Shown here: positions 53,368 to 64,000 of the stretch, one piece after another
Numbering within the stretch: the stretch's first letter is position 1
Layout of the letters: each line of letters begins with the position of its first letter
Assembly (NCBI RefSeq): GCF_036321535.1
Contig: NC_087436.1
Location: forward strand, 94,366,001-94,430,000
Length of the DNA: 64,000 nucleotides
Reading direction: 5' to 3'
Source: Camelus dromedarius
Taxonomy: Eukaryota
Program-made: the position numbers and the translations under genes
Notes under the pieces: generated by a model
Told to the model about the DNA's origin: nothing
The model's input: the letters and a program-made list of their open reading frames with translations, nothing else
The model's database searches: none

Positions 53368-53480
53368 GGGGGGGGGTGGTAAGTAGGTTAATTTATTTAT
53401 TTACTTATTTTTTTAGTGGAGGTACCCAGGACCTTGTGCATGCTAAGGACATGCTCTACCACTGAGCTATACTCTCGCCC
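53368..53480 (-). mobile_element. tRNA-Ala-derived SINE with perfect 17-bp TSD and deleted B-box
   Basis: TSD tagtccattcacttttg at 53351-53367 and 53481-53497. Body ggaggtac|ccaggaccttgtgcatgctaagg...ctctaccactgagctatac. Confidence 0.93.
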
Positions 53481-53964
53481 TAGTCCATTCACTTTTGTAC
53501 AGTCTCATTAGTACATTATATATTCTCATTCCTACACTGCTTTTAAAATTCCAATTTTGAACTTTTCCGTATCAGCTGACAAATGACTACTTTGAGCCAA
53601 AGCTTGGTGAAGCCGTCTGCCAACCAACAGTTCCATTTCTGCAGATTCTCCATCTTAGTCGTACAATTATTTAAGTATTTGCTTGAATACTGTTCTTATT
53701 TTTTAAGAACATGAGAAAATGGAAAAATGAAAATGCAGATTCTAGAGATAAACTGAGGCTCACAAACTTAATGCAATTGAGAAAAATGTAGAAATCAGGT
53801 AGGCTGTCACATGTGGCTTTATAAATGTTCTACAGGTCTCTTTCAAAAACAAAAAATTAGATCCAAAAATAAGAGTCACGAAATTTGTCTCTCAGAAGAT
53901 AAAATGCCTTTGCTTTCTTCAGCTACTAACTAACCCACTTTAAGACAAATTTTACATATGATTG

Positions 53965-54388
53965 GTGTATTAGTTTTGTAGAGTTGTTGTAACAAAGTAT
54001 CATGAACACAGCAGCTTCAAACAGGAGAAATTCATTCTCTTATACTTCTGGAGACCAGAAGTCTGAAATCAAGCAGGGTGATACTTCCTCTGAAGATTCA
54101 AGGGAAGAATCCTCTCTTGGCTCCTTCCTTACCTCTGGTGCCTGCTGGTAATCTTTGGCATTTCTTGGCTTGCAGCTGCTTCACTCCAATCTTTGCCTCT
54201 GTCATCCCCTGGCCTTCTCCCCTGAATGTCTTCTTCTTGAAACACCAGCCATTGGATTTAAGGCTCACCCTAATCCAATAGGACTTCGTTTTAGCTAATT
54301 ACATCTGCAAAATCCCTACTTCAAAATAAGGTCGCAATTTGAGATTCCAAGTGGACATTAATTGGGGGGGGGCACTATTTGACCCAGT
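53965..54388 (-). mobile_element. MLT1 (A-C-like) MaLR solo LTR
   Basis: tgtattagttttgtagagttgttgtaacaaagtatcatg...ctggagaccagaagtctgaaatcaag...gggggcactattt. Confidence 0.8.
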
Positions 54389-56374
54389 CAAGCTGGGTTT
54401 GTGGATCATGGTTAAGATTTCATGAAATTCAATTGTTAATTTTAAATCAGGTCATATTTGGTGGTCAAAATTCAGAAATCTACTCAAATTAGCTCAAGTA
54501 AAAGGGATTTTACTTAAAGAAACCATGCTTATGTGGAGTCTAAGAAAAACTGAACTATCAGGACAAAAATTAGGGCAGCTCAGGTTTCTTTTGCATACTC
54601 ATAGGTAGAGAGCTAAAGATCTTTACTGATTTACACTAATGTAATTCAACTAAAAGTTCTTTTGCTAAGTATTAGTTCACAGCCTCTTGTGATACTTTGT
54701 TTGGCTCAGCTCAGCCTGTGGACTGCATTTTCTTGGTTCAGGTGTCACTGCAGGCTTAGGCAGCTCTCAACTCTGTGTGAGAGAGAGTGAATATACAGGG
54801 CTGGGGTAGGAACAACTCTCTTAAAAGAGTTTGCAGGAAGGGAGGCAGTGATTATCCTCTCTAATACATTTCTATAAAGGAATCTCTTCTGCCTTTACTG
54901 TCATGAAGTATTTGTCATAAGTTTACTTTCTTATTTATTTTAATCATGTAAAACAATAGGAGGCTGATATCCCAAGCTTCATAATAAAAATACACTTTAA
55001 TGTGATTGTTGAAAGTTTAATTACCCTGAAAATTCTTTCAGTTTTATAATCATTCATCATCCAAATACTAGCAACTTGAGGAAGGGCTGCAAAGTGGCCT
55101 TTGTATTAAATATAACTCCAAATAATTTCTCATTTTACTATCACCATTAGAAAAAAATTATCATGGGGGCAGAATTTCTTTGATTTGGGGGGATGTAATT
55201 TCGAAAAATATTAAATTATAATGTATATAGTTTTTGAAATTTCTTGTGTTTGTCTTTTTTTCCTTTTGGACCTCAGGTGCCCTGAATTGGATTAATTATA
55301 ATCCTTAGGTTATAAACACATCCCTCATTGCTCCATGGGTTGCTCTCATTTGTTCATTCATTCATTTATCATATAATAAACTTATGTGAAGCCACCACTC
55401 CACCCAAGAATAAAGCTTTAACAAGAATATATCTACCTATGTATTCATTCTCCCATCTTGTCCCACTGTGTTCCCTGAGCTCCCCTCCAGGGATAACCAA
55501 CAACCTAAACTTTGCTTTTGAAATTTATAAACAGATAATCATATTATATCACTAAGATTTACCCATGTTTTTTATATCAGTAGTTTTTTTCATATTTCAA
55601 AACATTTAGTTTTAGTTTGCTGTCCTTTCTCAGTAAACAATCCTTAATTTTGATACAACAATTTTAAGAAAGTTAATATAATTAATAATGCAGGTAAGAC
55701 TTCACACTATAAGTTGAAGAGAGATGTGCATGGAGTTTAAGATATTAGACAAAATTCAACTAAAATCTTTAAATTACTATGACAAACAAGTTAATCACTA
55801 ACATCTTGGTCATACTAGGCCAAAATGATTGAGGCTTCATAATTTTTTGTCATCAGTCATCTATAAAACACGTCAAATTCATTTTGTTCACTAGATAAGT
55901 ATGCCATTATCCTATGCCTAAATATATTCAAGTTTTAGCCAAGATATCAGTGATATCTGGAAAAACACTAAAATAAATTAAAGTAACTTTTTTTTTTGTT
56001 TCACAGTAATTATGATGTTTTGTTAAAATTTCTCTGTGACCAGAGGTACATGGAAGATTCAAGTTTTTAATTTGTGAAATTATTCAGGATAGACTTAGCT
56101 ATTTACATTTTAAATTGAAAAGCAAATAAAGAATTTCAGATAAATAAACATATTTTTAAAAACTGCTTTAAATATCTGACATATTTTTGCATTTTTATCT
56201 GTTTGGTTGTATTTTTACCTTAGTTCACTTTCACTGTAAACAGCTTTAGTCTCCTATTACCTCATTTCATCCTTTAAACTACCACTCTGCTCAACATCTG
56301 CAGCATTCAGTGTGAACACCGTTTACCCTCTACCCTCATCTCCTGTCAATCACTCCTACAAACTCTGTATTCTA

Positions 56375-56545
56375 GAACTGCACTGGTCAATATAGTAGCC
56401 ACTAGCCACATATGGCTGCTTAAATTTTTAGATTAATTTAATTTAACTTAAAAATTCAGTCCCCCAGTTGCAGTAGCGACTTTTCAGATGTTTTATAGTC
56501 ACACATGGCTGGTGGCTACTGTATTTTGCAACGCAAGTGTGGAAC
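56375..56545. mobile_element. MER3-like hAT-Charlie MITE
   Basis: Inverted arms aatatagtagccactagccacatatggctg ... cacatggctggtggctactgtatt. Confidence 0.75.
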
Positions 56546-56971
56546 ATTGCCATTGTTGCAGCACCCTAGAGTTTGGATCTAGAATTTCTACGTAGGGAGA
56601 ATTTATGGTTGGTAGTATGATTGAAATGAGGGGTCAGGGGTTTGTCCTAAAGCTGTGTAGGATGCCATTTTGTACGTAGATTGTATGCTTGTATGTGTGC
56701 ATATGGGCAGGGGGAGCTGATGGAAATTATGTGAAGATAGAATAATGCTCATGAAGCCAAGCCATTTTTTTTATGCAATCATTGTTCTAATCATTTTCTC
56801 ACCTTGTGGTTATCTCTATTAGCTATTGCTCTCCCCGCAACAACTGCTTACCACAACTACTCACTCTCCAAGGCCCAACCTCAAAAGACCCTTCCTGTGT
56901 GAAGCTCCCATAGCACCTCTTTCCTAGGCTCCCAGGGAGTGTAATTCAAATCTCTATTATAAAATAGGTGT

Positions 56972-57110
56972 TGGCAGGGTCTAGCTCAGAGGTAGAGCAC
57001 TGGCATATCATGCAAGAGGTCCTGAGTTTGATCCCCAGTACCTCCATTAAAAAAATTAATAAAATAAAATAATAAATAAACCTAAATTACCTCCCCCCAA
57101 AATTAAAAAA
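56972..57110 (+). mobile_element. tRNA-Ala-derived SINE
   Basis: gggtctagctcagaggtagagc...gaggtcctgagtttgatccccagtacctccattaaaa...cctaaattacctcccccc. Confidence 0.88.
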
Positions 57111-59609
57111 ATAAAATATATCACAGCCTTGCGAGTTATGATTTATTGTATGTCTCTGATTCTCCAGTAGACCCTGATCTTGTCAAGAGCAGGGACTTTG
57201 TCTTTTTGTTTTCTAAATTCTTTCCCAGCTGCCAAGTACAACACCTTACCCACTGCAGGAGCTCAGTAACTGTTTGCTAAATTAACTTTCAAACAGCTTA
57301 GATTCTAAAGACATCCTGACCCTAAATCTGTTCTAAGCATAGTCCACCCTATCTCAGTTAGTGGTAACTTTATTCTTCCAGTTACATAGGTCTAAAACTT
57401 TGGATTCATCCTAGCTTTCTTGACTCCTCTCTTTTTCTTATACCACTTTTCATCACTTCCACTGTTATTACCTGGTCCTTATTACCATCTCCTCTTGGGA
57501 TTTTTGTAGAGGTCTTATACTCGGTTACCCTACTTCTACCCTTGCATCTCTATATTATTTTCAACCCAGTGACCAGAGTGATTCTTTCATTTTACACAGA
57601 TTTTAAAAATTATGTAGAGCTTAGTATGTGCCAGCTACTATTCTTAGGGTACTTTACAAATATTAAGTTATTTAATCTTCATAATGTCCCTCTGAGATAG
57701 AAATTATTATCCCTGTTTTACAGATGAGGAAAATGAAGCACAGAAAGAGTAATTTGCCCAAGGTTGTCCAGCTCACAGAACATAAATCATAGCATGTCAC
57801 TTCTCTTTTTAAAACACTCCCCATCTCAGTCAAAGTACATGCCAAAGTCCTTCCAAAGGCAAAAGCCTAAGAGGTTATATGTGACCTACATCACTCCTCT
57901 TCTCTACTTTATTTTCCTCCATAGCAATTTATTTATTTATTTATTTCTATCTCTTCCCAAACAAATTAAGCTCCACCACAACAGGCAGGGATTTTTGTCT
58001 CCTCCCTACTACAGATTTTTTTTTCTCAGTGCCCAAAATAGCACTTTGTACAGTAGGCCCTCTTTAAATAATTGTTGCATAAATAAATATACCTCTTCTC
58101 ATTTACTGTAAGTGGAAACAAATGTTTCAGAAAGGAAGTAAAAACAGGAATTTTAGAATTCCTGAATTTTAGAATAATATATTCACTCTATTTATGTGCT
58201 ATGATCCTTAGAGCTTACTACCTTTTGAGTGTTTATAAGATCAAACAATATTAACAAACTAGTAAGTTGTATAAGATTAAAATTTATGGGTATATAAAAA
58301 AAACTCCACTCAATAATGGGTAAATTACTTAGAGCAAGAATGAAAACAAGAAGTAATTATTCTTTAGTTATTTAAATGTGAGATTTATAAAAATTGTAAG
58401 TGAGAGGAAGAGCCTAAAAAGAGTACGTTTTGGTTGATTTAATAGTTTGGATGAAGATGATCTTAAATGTATCCTGCTTGCAACTGTAAATGCCCAAGAA
58501 CAAGACACTGACTTTTGGGCAGAGTTCTAACAAATCTAAAGTTGTTGTGTGTTAGATTCCCAGATAATTGCTCCTCTGTGTAATACCTGAAAAACAGTTC
58601 AGTGAGGTCAGTACCTACAATATTTTAAAGATCAAGCAAAGGATGTGGAAAAGACCAACGGATATCATCAAGAATAATTTAAATAAATAACTGAATATCA
58701 TTTTAAATTGTTAGTGGTCAGTTTCAAGAGCTGCATGCTATTTCTAGTATTGTGTTCTTTTTTCAACCTCATCTTCAGAAATTATGTATATGCTTCTTAC
58801 GTTCATTTGCTTCAATTTTTTACTTTAAACTGCTCAAACACCACTGCACTAGTTTTTTCTTTAGATGAAGGAAAAAGTTATTCTTCGGTATCTTTAAAGC
58901 TTTTTAAAAAATGAGTTATTCCATGTTCATAAGAATCATCTATCTTATTTGTAAACATGCTTACCTCTGGATTCCAGTCTCAGAGATCCTGATTCTCCAG
59001 GCTTGGGAGTGAAGCCCGAGAACCTGCGTTTCAGACCATTCCTTGAGAACTACTCGACTCAATGCTATTTTCATATTTTGCAACTTTCAAAATATTAATT
59101 TTAGACATCTAAAGAGGGGAGGGCAAACTCTGGTGGCTGTCAGAAGGAACAAGAATGAGCAGCCCACGTTGTGCCATGTCGCAAAACTTTTCCTCAGTTT
59201 GCAGATCTTCTGTCCCTGGGGAGGAAATCAGTTCATTTTCACCAAGTAATTAACCGTTTTTCAACCATTTCCGTCCACGTCCCTCAGGATGACCCCCTCC
59301 CCCCAAAGTCATGAACTCATCTCCGTGGCGTAAGGTAAAGCTTCTTCTCCCTGCGTGCCTTTACACGGCCGCGAGGACCGGATTCGCTTCCCGCCACCGG
59401 GGCTCCTCCTCTGCTCGCTTTTGGGTCGAGTCCTCCCGGCGGCGCTCCGCCCCGCAGGTCTTGGCGCCAACCGGGTGGCGGCGCTGTCTGGCCCGCGCGC
59501 GGCCGCCTCGGGCCCGAGGGAGGCGGAGGCAAGGCCAGCGGAGGAAGGGGAGGGAGCGAGGCGCGCTCCCTGCTCTCGCGTGCTCTCGCACCGCTCGCGT
59601 GACCGGCCG

Positions 59610-60022
59610 GTGTGTGCGCGAGGCGCCGGCTGCCGGGAGTACGGACGGCAGGGCGCGCGCCGCTGCGAGGGGCGTCCGGGTCCGGGTCGGCGGACCCGGC
59701 CGGCGCGAGGAGCGGGCGGGCGGCCCGCGGGGTCCCAGGCGGACACACGCGCACTCGCTCCCGGAGGAGCCTTCTCTGAGGCTGCTCTTCCTCGGCCAGA
59801 CAGAGAGCGGCAGTGTCTCCCCGCCCAGCGCACACTCGCCCCGCGTCTCCCCCCGCGGCGACTGCTCCTCCTCGGCACCGCCAGCCCCAGCGCCGCTCCG
59901 GGGCGGGCGGCGGCGGCGGGACCCGCGGAGCCGCTTTGTGTGCAGCCCGAAGAGGGGCGGCGGCGCAACCACCTGACAGAGGCCCAGGCGCTCGATGCAC
60001 CTTCCGCCCGCATGAGGAGGAG
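59610..60022 (+). other. PDS5A: PDS5A exon 1 (5'UTR; 5' boundary approximate)
   Basis: Donor GAG|GTAAAG at 60022/60023. The sequence gatgcaccttccgcccgcatgaggaggag joined to aggccggtagaggactgtg matches my recollection of the human PDS5A leader. Confidence 0.75.
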
Positions 60023-60884
60023 GTAAAGGCGGCGGCGGCTCGGCTCCCGCCCTCGGCTGGTGGAGGGAGAGGACGGAAGGGGAGATCGGAGGCGGGAGGG
60101 GGGGGGCGGAGGGACCGAGGCCCGGCGGGGCTGCCCGGAGGTGCTGGTAAGGCCTCGGCTGCGCCGGACGGTGCCCAGTGGCCGGGGGCGAGAGAAGCCG
60201 CCAGGGTCCCTCAGCCGAAGTTGAAGGAACAAAATGTGAAGTGCGGAGCCGCGTCAGCCGCTTCCTGGCTTGGGGTTTGGGGTGGAGGGCGGCTTGTTTC
60301 CCCCTCCCGCGGGGGTGGGGGAGCGGGACACAGGAGGGGCGGGAGCGTGGCGGGGACGCCGGGGGTCCTGGAGCTCGGCCCGGCAAGGGCGTTCGTACCC
60401 GGGAGCCACCGCTGCGTGTGGGTCCGGTTAGCTCCCTAGTTTTGCGGCCTAAGCCGAGCCCTATAGGCCTCGCGTCTGCTTTCCCGGAGGGGACCGGCCG
60501 GGCGGGACTCGAGGCTTCTCTCTGACCGAGCGGGGGCCTTGGCGGCCTCGCCGGGCTTTCAAGGCCGCCAAACTTCGGACCTCGGTGCTTGGGGTGGATT
60601 TCATTGTGAAAGGCGGAATGGGAAACTCCTGCTCGGCGCTTCCCGCGGCCGCGGCGGCTGGTGCCAGGGAGCCCCGCGGGCCCGGGGTTGGCGGGGCCCG
60701 CGTGGGTGGGGGCGGCGCGGCGGCTACCAGGGTCCAGGCACCTGGAAGGAGCGGGTGGTGGGGCCCCGCTGAGTTCCTGGTCTCCAGGGAGAAAGGGCCC
60801 TTTGCAGATCAGAGATTTTTGAAATGAAAAAAGAGGTTACAAAGTCGCCCCTTTCCCGCTGAACTTTTGTTTTCTGACCGATAG
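60023..60884 (+). other. PDS5A: PDS5A intron 1
   Basis: GT...AG with pyrimidine tract cttttgttttctgaccgatAG ending at 60884. Confidence 0.75.
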
Positions 60885-60924
60885 AGGCCGGTAGAGGACT
60901 GTGAAAGGAAAGTTGTCCCCCAGG

Positions 60925-61065
60925 ATGGACTTCTCCACCGCGCAGCCCAAGCCTGCCACTGCCCTCTGTGGCGTCGTGAGTGCCGACGGGAAGATCGCTT
61001 ACCCTCCAGGGGTAAAGGAGATCACCGACAAGATCACCACCGACGAAATGATCAAACGACTGAAG
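60925..61065 (+). CDS. PDS5A: PDS5A (cohesin-associated factor) first coding exon; exon 2 is 60885-61065 and the gene continues beyond the window
   Basis: Translates [47 protein letters not shown]. Strong Kozak context (AGGATGG). Phase-0 donor AAG|GTAAGT at 61065/61066. Confidence 0.97.
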
Positions 61066-61788
61066 GTAAGTTTCTGGATGAAATGCTCACACTATAGACG
61101 TCTGTGTTAGGAGTCGTCTCTCCTGTGGTGTTACTGCTCTGCTGGGCCTGGCCTTTAAGTTTCACCTACCAGGTTTTTTTTAAGGTATCTTACGTCTTCT
61201 CTTTTCCTTCTGAGAGGTATTGTTGTATCTTGGCTTTATCTTTGAATAATAATTTCAGTTAGGGACATAATAATTATGGGAAAGTAGAAGAGGGTGTGTG
61301 TTCTTTTCTAATCTTACTGTTTTTCAAGTATGAGAATTAAGGTGTTTTAAAAGTTGTTCCTAGAAATATTTATGAGAATACTGTTTAGAGTAGCTTTCAA
61401 TCTTAAAGGTAGGCAGTAATTTGCCTGGGAAGGTCCCTATTTTCATCAACTTCTGAGAAAATTGATTTAAGCACAAAAGGTATTTTCAAAATGATCACAA
61501 TTTTCTAATATCCAGAAGCTTAAATACGTCTATACTATGTACTGACTTTTCAAAATTCAGACTTGAAGTAAGGTGATGATTTATGTCCGTATGTTCAAAG
61601 GGGTTTTAAGAGAGTGTTATGGCTCTTTTTATAAGGTGTCAGCTTATTTATTTTAAGCATGGTGGTCCTAATGTCAGGATTGTTAAGTTTCAGCCTTGTG
61701 TAAGTCAATTTTTTGCTTTCTGCTGCAAGGACATAGATTGTAGCCACAGCCTGACGAAGTGCTTTCTTGTTAAGGGATCAACTTGATG

Positions 61789-61870
61789 CAGTGGTTCTCA
61801 GCCAGGGCATCTTTGACCCCCAGGGGACGTTTGGCAATGCTTAAGACATTTTGGTTATTGGGGCTGGGTT
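61789..61870. mobile_element. MER20-like hAT fragment in PDS5A intron 2
   Basis: cagtggttctcagccagggc...ccccaggggacgtttggcaatg...gacatttttggtt. Confidence 0.6.
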
Positions 61871-64000
61871 GGAACAGGGCAAGACTGGAGACAGGGAGTC
61901 CAACTAGGAAACTGTAGTCTAGGTGAAAGATTTTGGAACCTCGAAGTAGGGCTATGAGAGTGGGAATAGAGAGATAGGGAATGATCCAAGAGACAGGTGA
62001 GAGTTAGAATCAAAAAGACTTGATGGGAGGTGAGGGAAGAAACAATGTTGACAATGTTTCTACCTTGGGCAACTTGGTGAAATGCATTTTTAGGGAATGA
62101 TCTTGCCCTTTTGCTCTTAGAACTTAGAATTAGTGTTTAGTAAATGTTTACAATGTTAGTGATTAATGAATATTTAAAGTATTCCTGTAGTTTATTTTTT
62201 AAAATATAATTGGATTTTGCAATTTGTTGCCTCTTTGGAAGGAATGGGATGTAATGCCTTCCATTAAAATAAGTCTGGATCCTAAAGACTGCACATGAAT
62301 TAGGGTACTTAATTGATGCTTCTTAAGATTGTACTGAGTGTTTTGAGATGATGAAATATGAATTATGAAATATAAAGCTGTTAAGTAAAAAGTTTACAGA
62401 TTTTTACTGTTTTCTTATTAAGAATATTGAAACGTTGAATTCTAGTGATGGATAATCTGGCTTAAAAAGTTGTGGTTATATATATAGCTTCCATCTGAAA
62501 ATAGATTAAATAGCAGAAATACTGTTAACTATAAGTGGACATATAACTAAGTCTAGAATAAACATATAGTTAGAATATCCATTTGTTATTAGTTCTTCTG
62601 GAAGTTAAATTTGACATACATATTAACCAATTTGAGTTAACCATTTTGAATTGAATTCCAGCAATTTAAACAATATTTCACTGTATTTTTGATAATTTTT
62701 GTGTTCATTAGATGCTTATTTATGGGTAAATTTTATAAGTTCAGTAGTTTATTATTATACTACAGCAACAATGTTAAAATGTTATATAAATACAAAGAGG
62801 GCTTAAAAGCAAGTAAAATCTCAGTCAGTGGAATTCAGAGATGTTTAGTCCATTCTATTCAGTTTTCAAGAATGGAACAAGCATTTTTTACAGTAGAACC
62901 ATAATTTTAGAGTTAGAAGGATCCTAAAATAAATTTTGAAACTTCCTTTATTTCTCAGATAACAAAAGTTAGACCCAAAGTAGTCAAGTAATATTTACCC
63001 AGATCAGTCATAGAGCAGGTTAGTGGCAGAGCCAGAGCAATAGCCTAATGTATATTTTTATTTTTATAGCTGTTTTCTTCTAAGGAATCTAAACTAAGTA
63101 GAAGAAGAAGTTGTGAATTTCATTATGTAGTTGAAAACAGTGAAGTGAAAAGAGAAAGGAATCAATGAGAGCTTGGTCTTCTGCAGGGAGATATATATAT
63201 ACGACAGCATTTTTTTTTTAACATTAGAGAGAAACTATTGTGATGCTTTGAAACTTCCTTGAAAATTCTTAGACCATTTCTTTGGAAGGGCTAAGACATA
63301 CTTTTGTATTTTAGAAGTTTTAATTTCTGTTTTAAAGGAGCTGTGTTAAATATTTTTATGTCCAATCACACTGGCCTTCTGTCAGTTCCTTGAACATGCC
63401 TTGCTGATTGCTGCCTAGACAGAGTCCAAATTCGGTTGCCCATATATATCCTTCCTCTCAGTTTGTCATTCATTTGTTGTTCTTAAGGAAAGTTTCTTAG
63501 ATCCCCTATTATATATTCTTTTAATTCCTTCATATTACTCATTACAGTTGTGATATTACAGTTACACATATGGTTATTTGGTTTTTCTCCCTGGCTTCTC
63601 TGTAAGCTTCATGAAAACAGGTACCACATCTGTTTACTTTTGTATCTTCCCAGTGCCAAGTTTAATGCCTGACATATAGTTAGATGCTCAACATGTATTT
63701 GTTGAATAAATGAATGATTACTTTGTATTAATATTGGATTAGAGAAATATTTTTATTTTTGGAATTGAAGGCTAATTTGCAAATATTTTGAATTGCAATT
63801 AAGTACTTTACTTGAGATGACATACTAGAGATGATAATACAGGTATTTAGAATTTTAGAACTAAAAGGTAGTTTAGAGGTTATTTGATTTCATTCTAATT
63901 TTCCAGTTGAATAAACTGAGTCTGAGAGGTTGTGACCAATCCTAGACACATAAAGCTGAAAACCATCATTAACAGTTTTGTTATTTAGATAAGTTACAAA

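Larger units (their letters stand above)
59300..61070 (+). promoter_or_regulatory. PDS5A: CpG-island promoter of PDS5A
   Basis: Abrupt shift to very GC- and CpG-rich sequence in an otherwise CpG-depleted window. GC box CCGCCC at 59447-59452. Spans exon 1 to exon 2. Confidence 0.95.

Noticed and set aside
1..59300. A novel multi-gene system or hidden protein-coding gene
   Set aside because: Every ORF with recognisable similarity traces to ERV, L1, hAT or the NAP1L1 pseudogene. The rest are short AT-rich chance ORFs, mostly within repeats.
59309..60827. Long overlapping ORFs (200-340 aa) on both strands
   Set aside because: Low-complexity Arg/Pro/Gly/Ala translations caused by stop-codon scarcity in a CpG island; no recognisable domains.
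60901..61110. 69-aa ORF as a stand-alone protein
   Set aside because: It is PDS5A exon 2 read from a GTG and run through the donor at 61065 into the intron.

Overview
Mammalian genomic DNA, most likely a camelid (camel, alpaca or llama). That inference rests on six copies of a tRNA-Ala(AGC)-derived SINE and the absence of recognisable Alu, Bov-A/BovB, PRE-1 or Can-SINE elements. The first ~59 kb is gene-free, repeat-rich sequence upstream of PDS5A. It holds an internally deleted ERV1-class provirus remnant with its 3' LTR (1-2218), many L1 fragments of different ages, MaLR/ERVL/ERV1 solo LTRs, hAT DNA-transposon fossils, and a full-length processed NAP1L1 pseudogene on the minus strand (~19644-21092) inserted into an MLT1F-like LTR. 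The last 5 kb contains the PDS5A CpG-island promoter, non-coding exon 1, intron 1, the first coding exon (ATG at 60925) and the start of intron 2. I found no evidence of a wholly new biological system. The most interesting signals are: a stop/start-overlapping pair of uORFs and several candidate splice acceptors in the PDS5A leader; an apparent extra Ser near the PDS5A N-terminus; a NAP1L1 retrocopy that seems to capture both mRNA ends; and an ERV LTR nested inside a lineage-specific SINE with both target-site duplications (TSDs) readable. Repeat family names come from memory of consensus sequences and need RepeatMasker/Dfam confirmation. Boundaries of old repeats are approximate.
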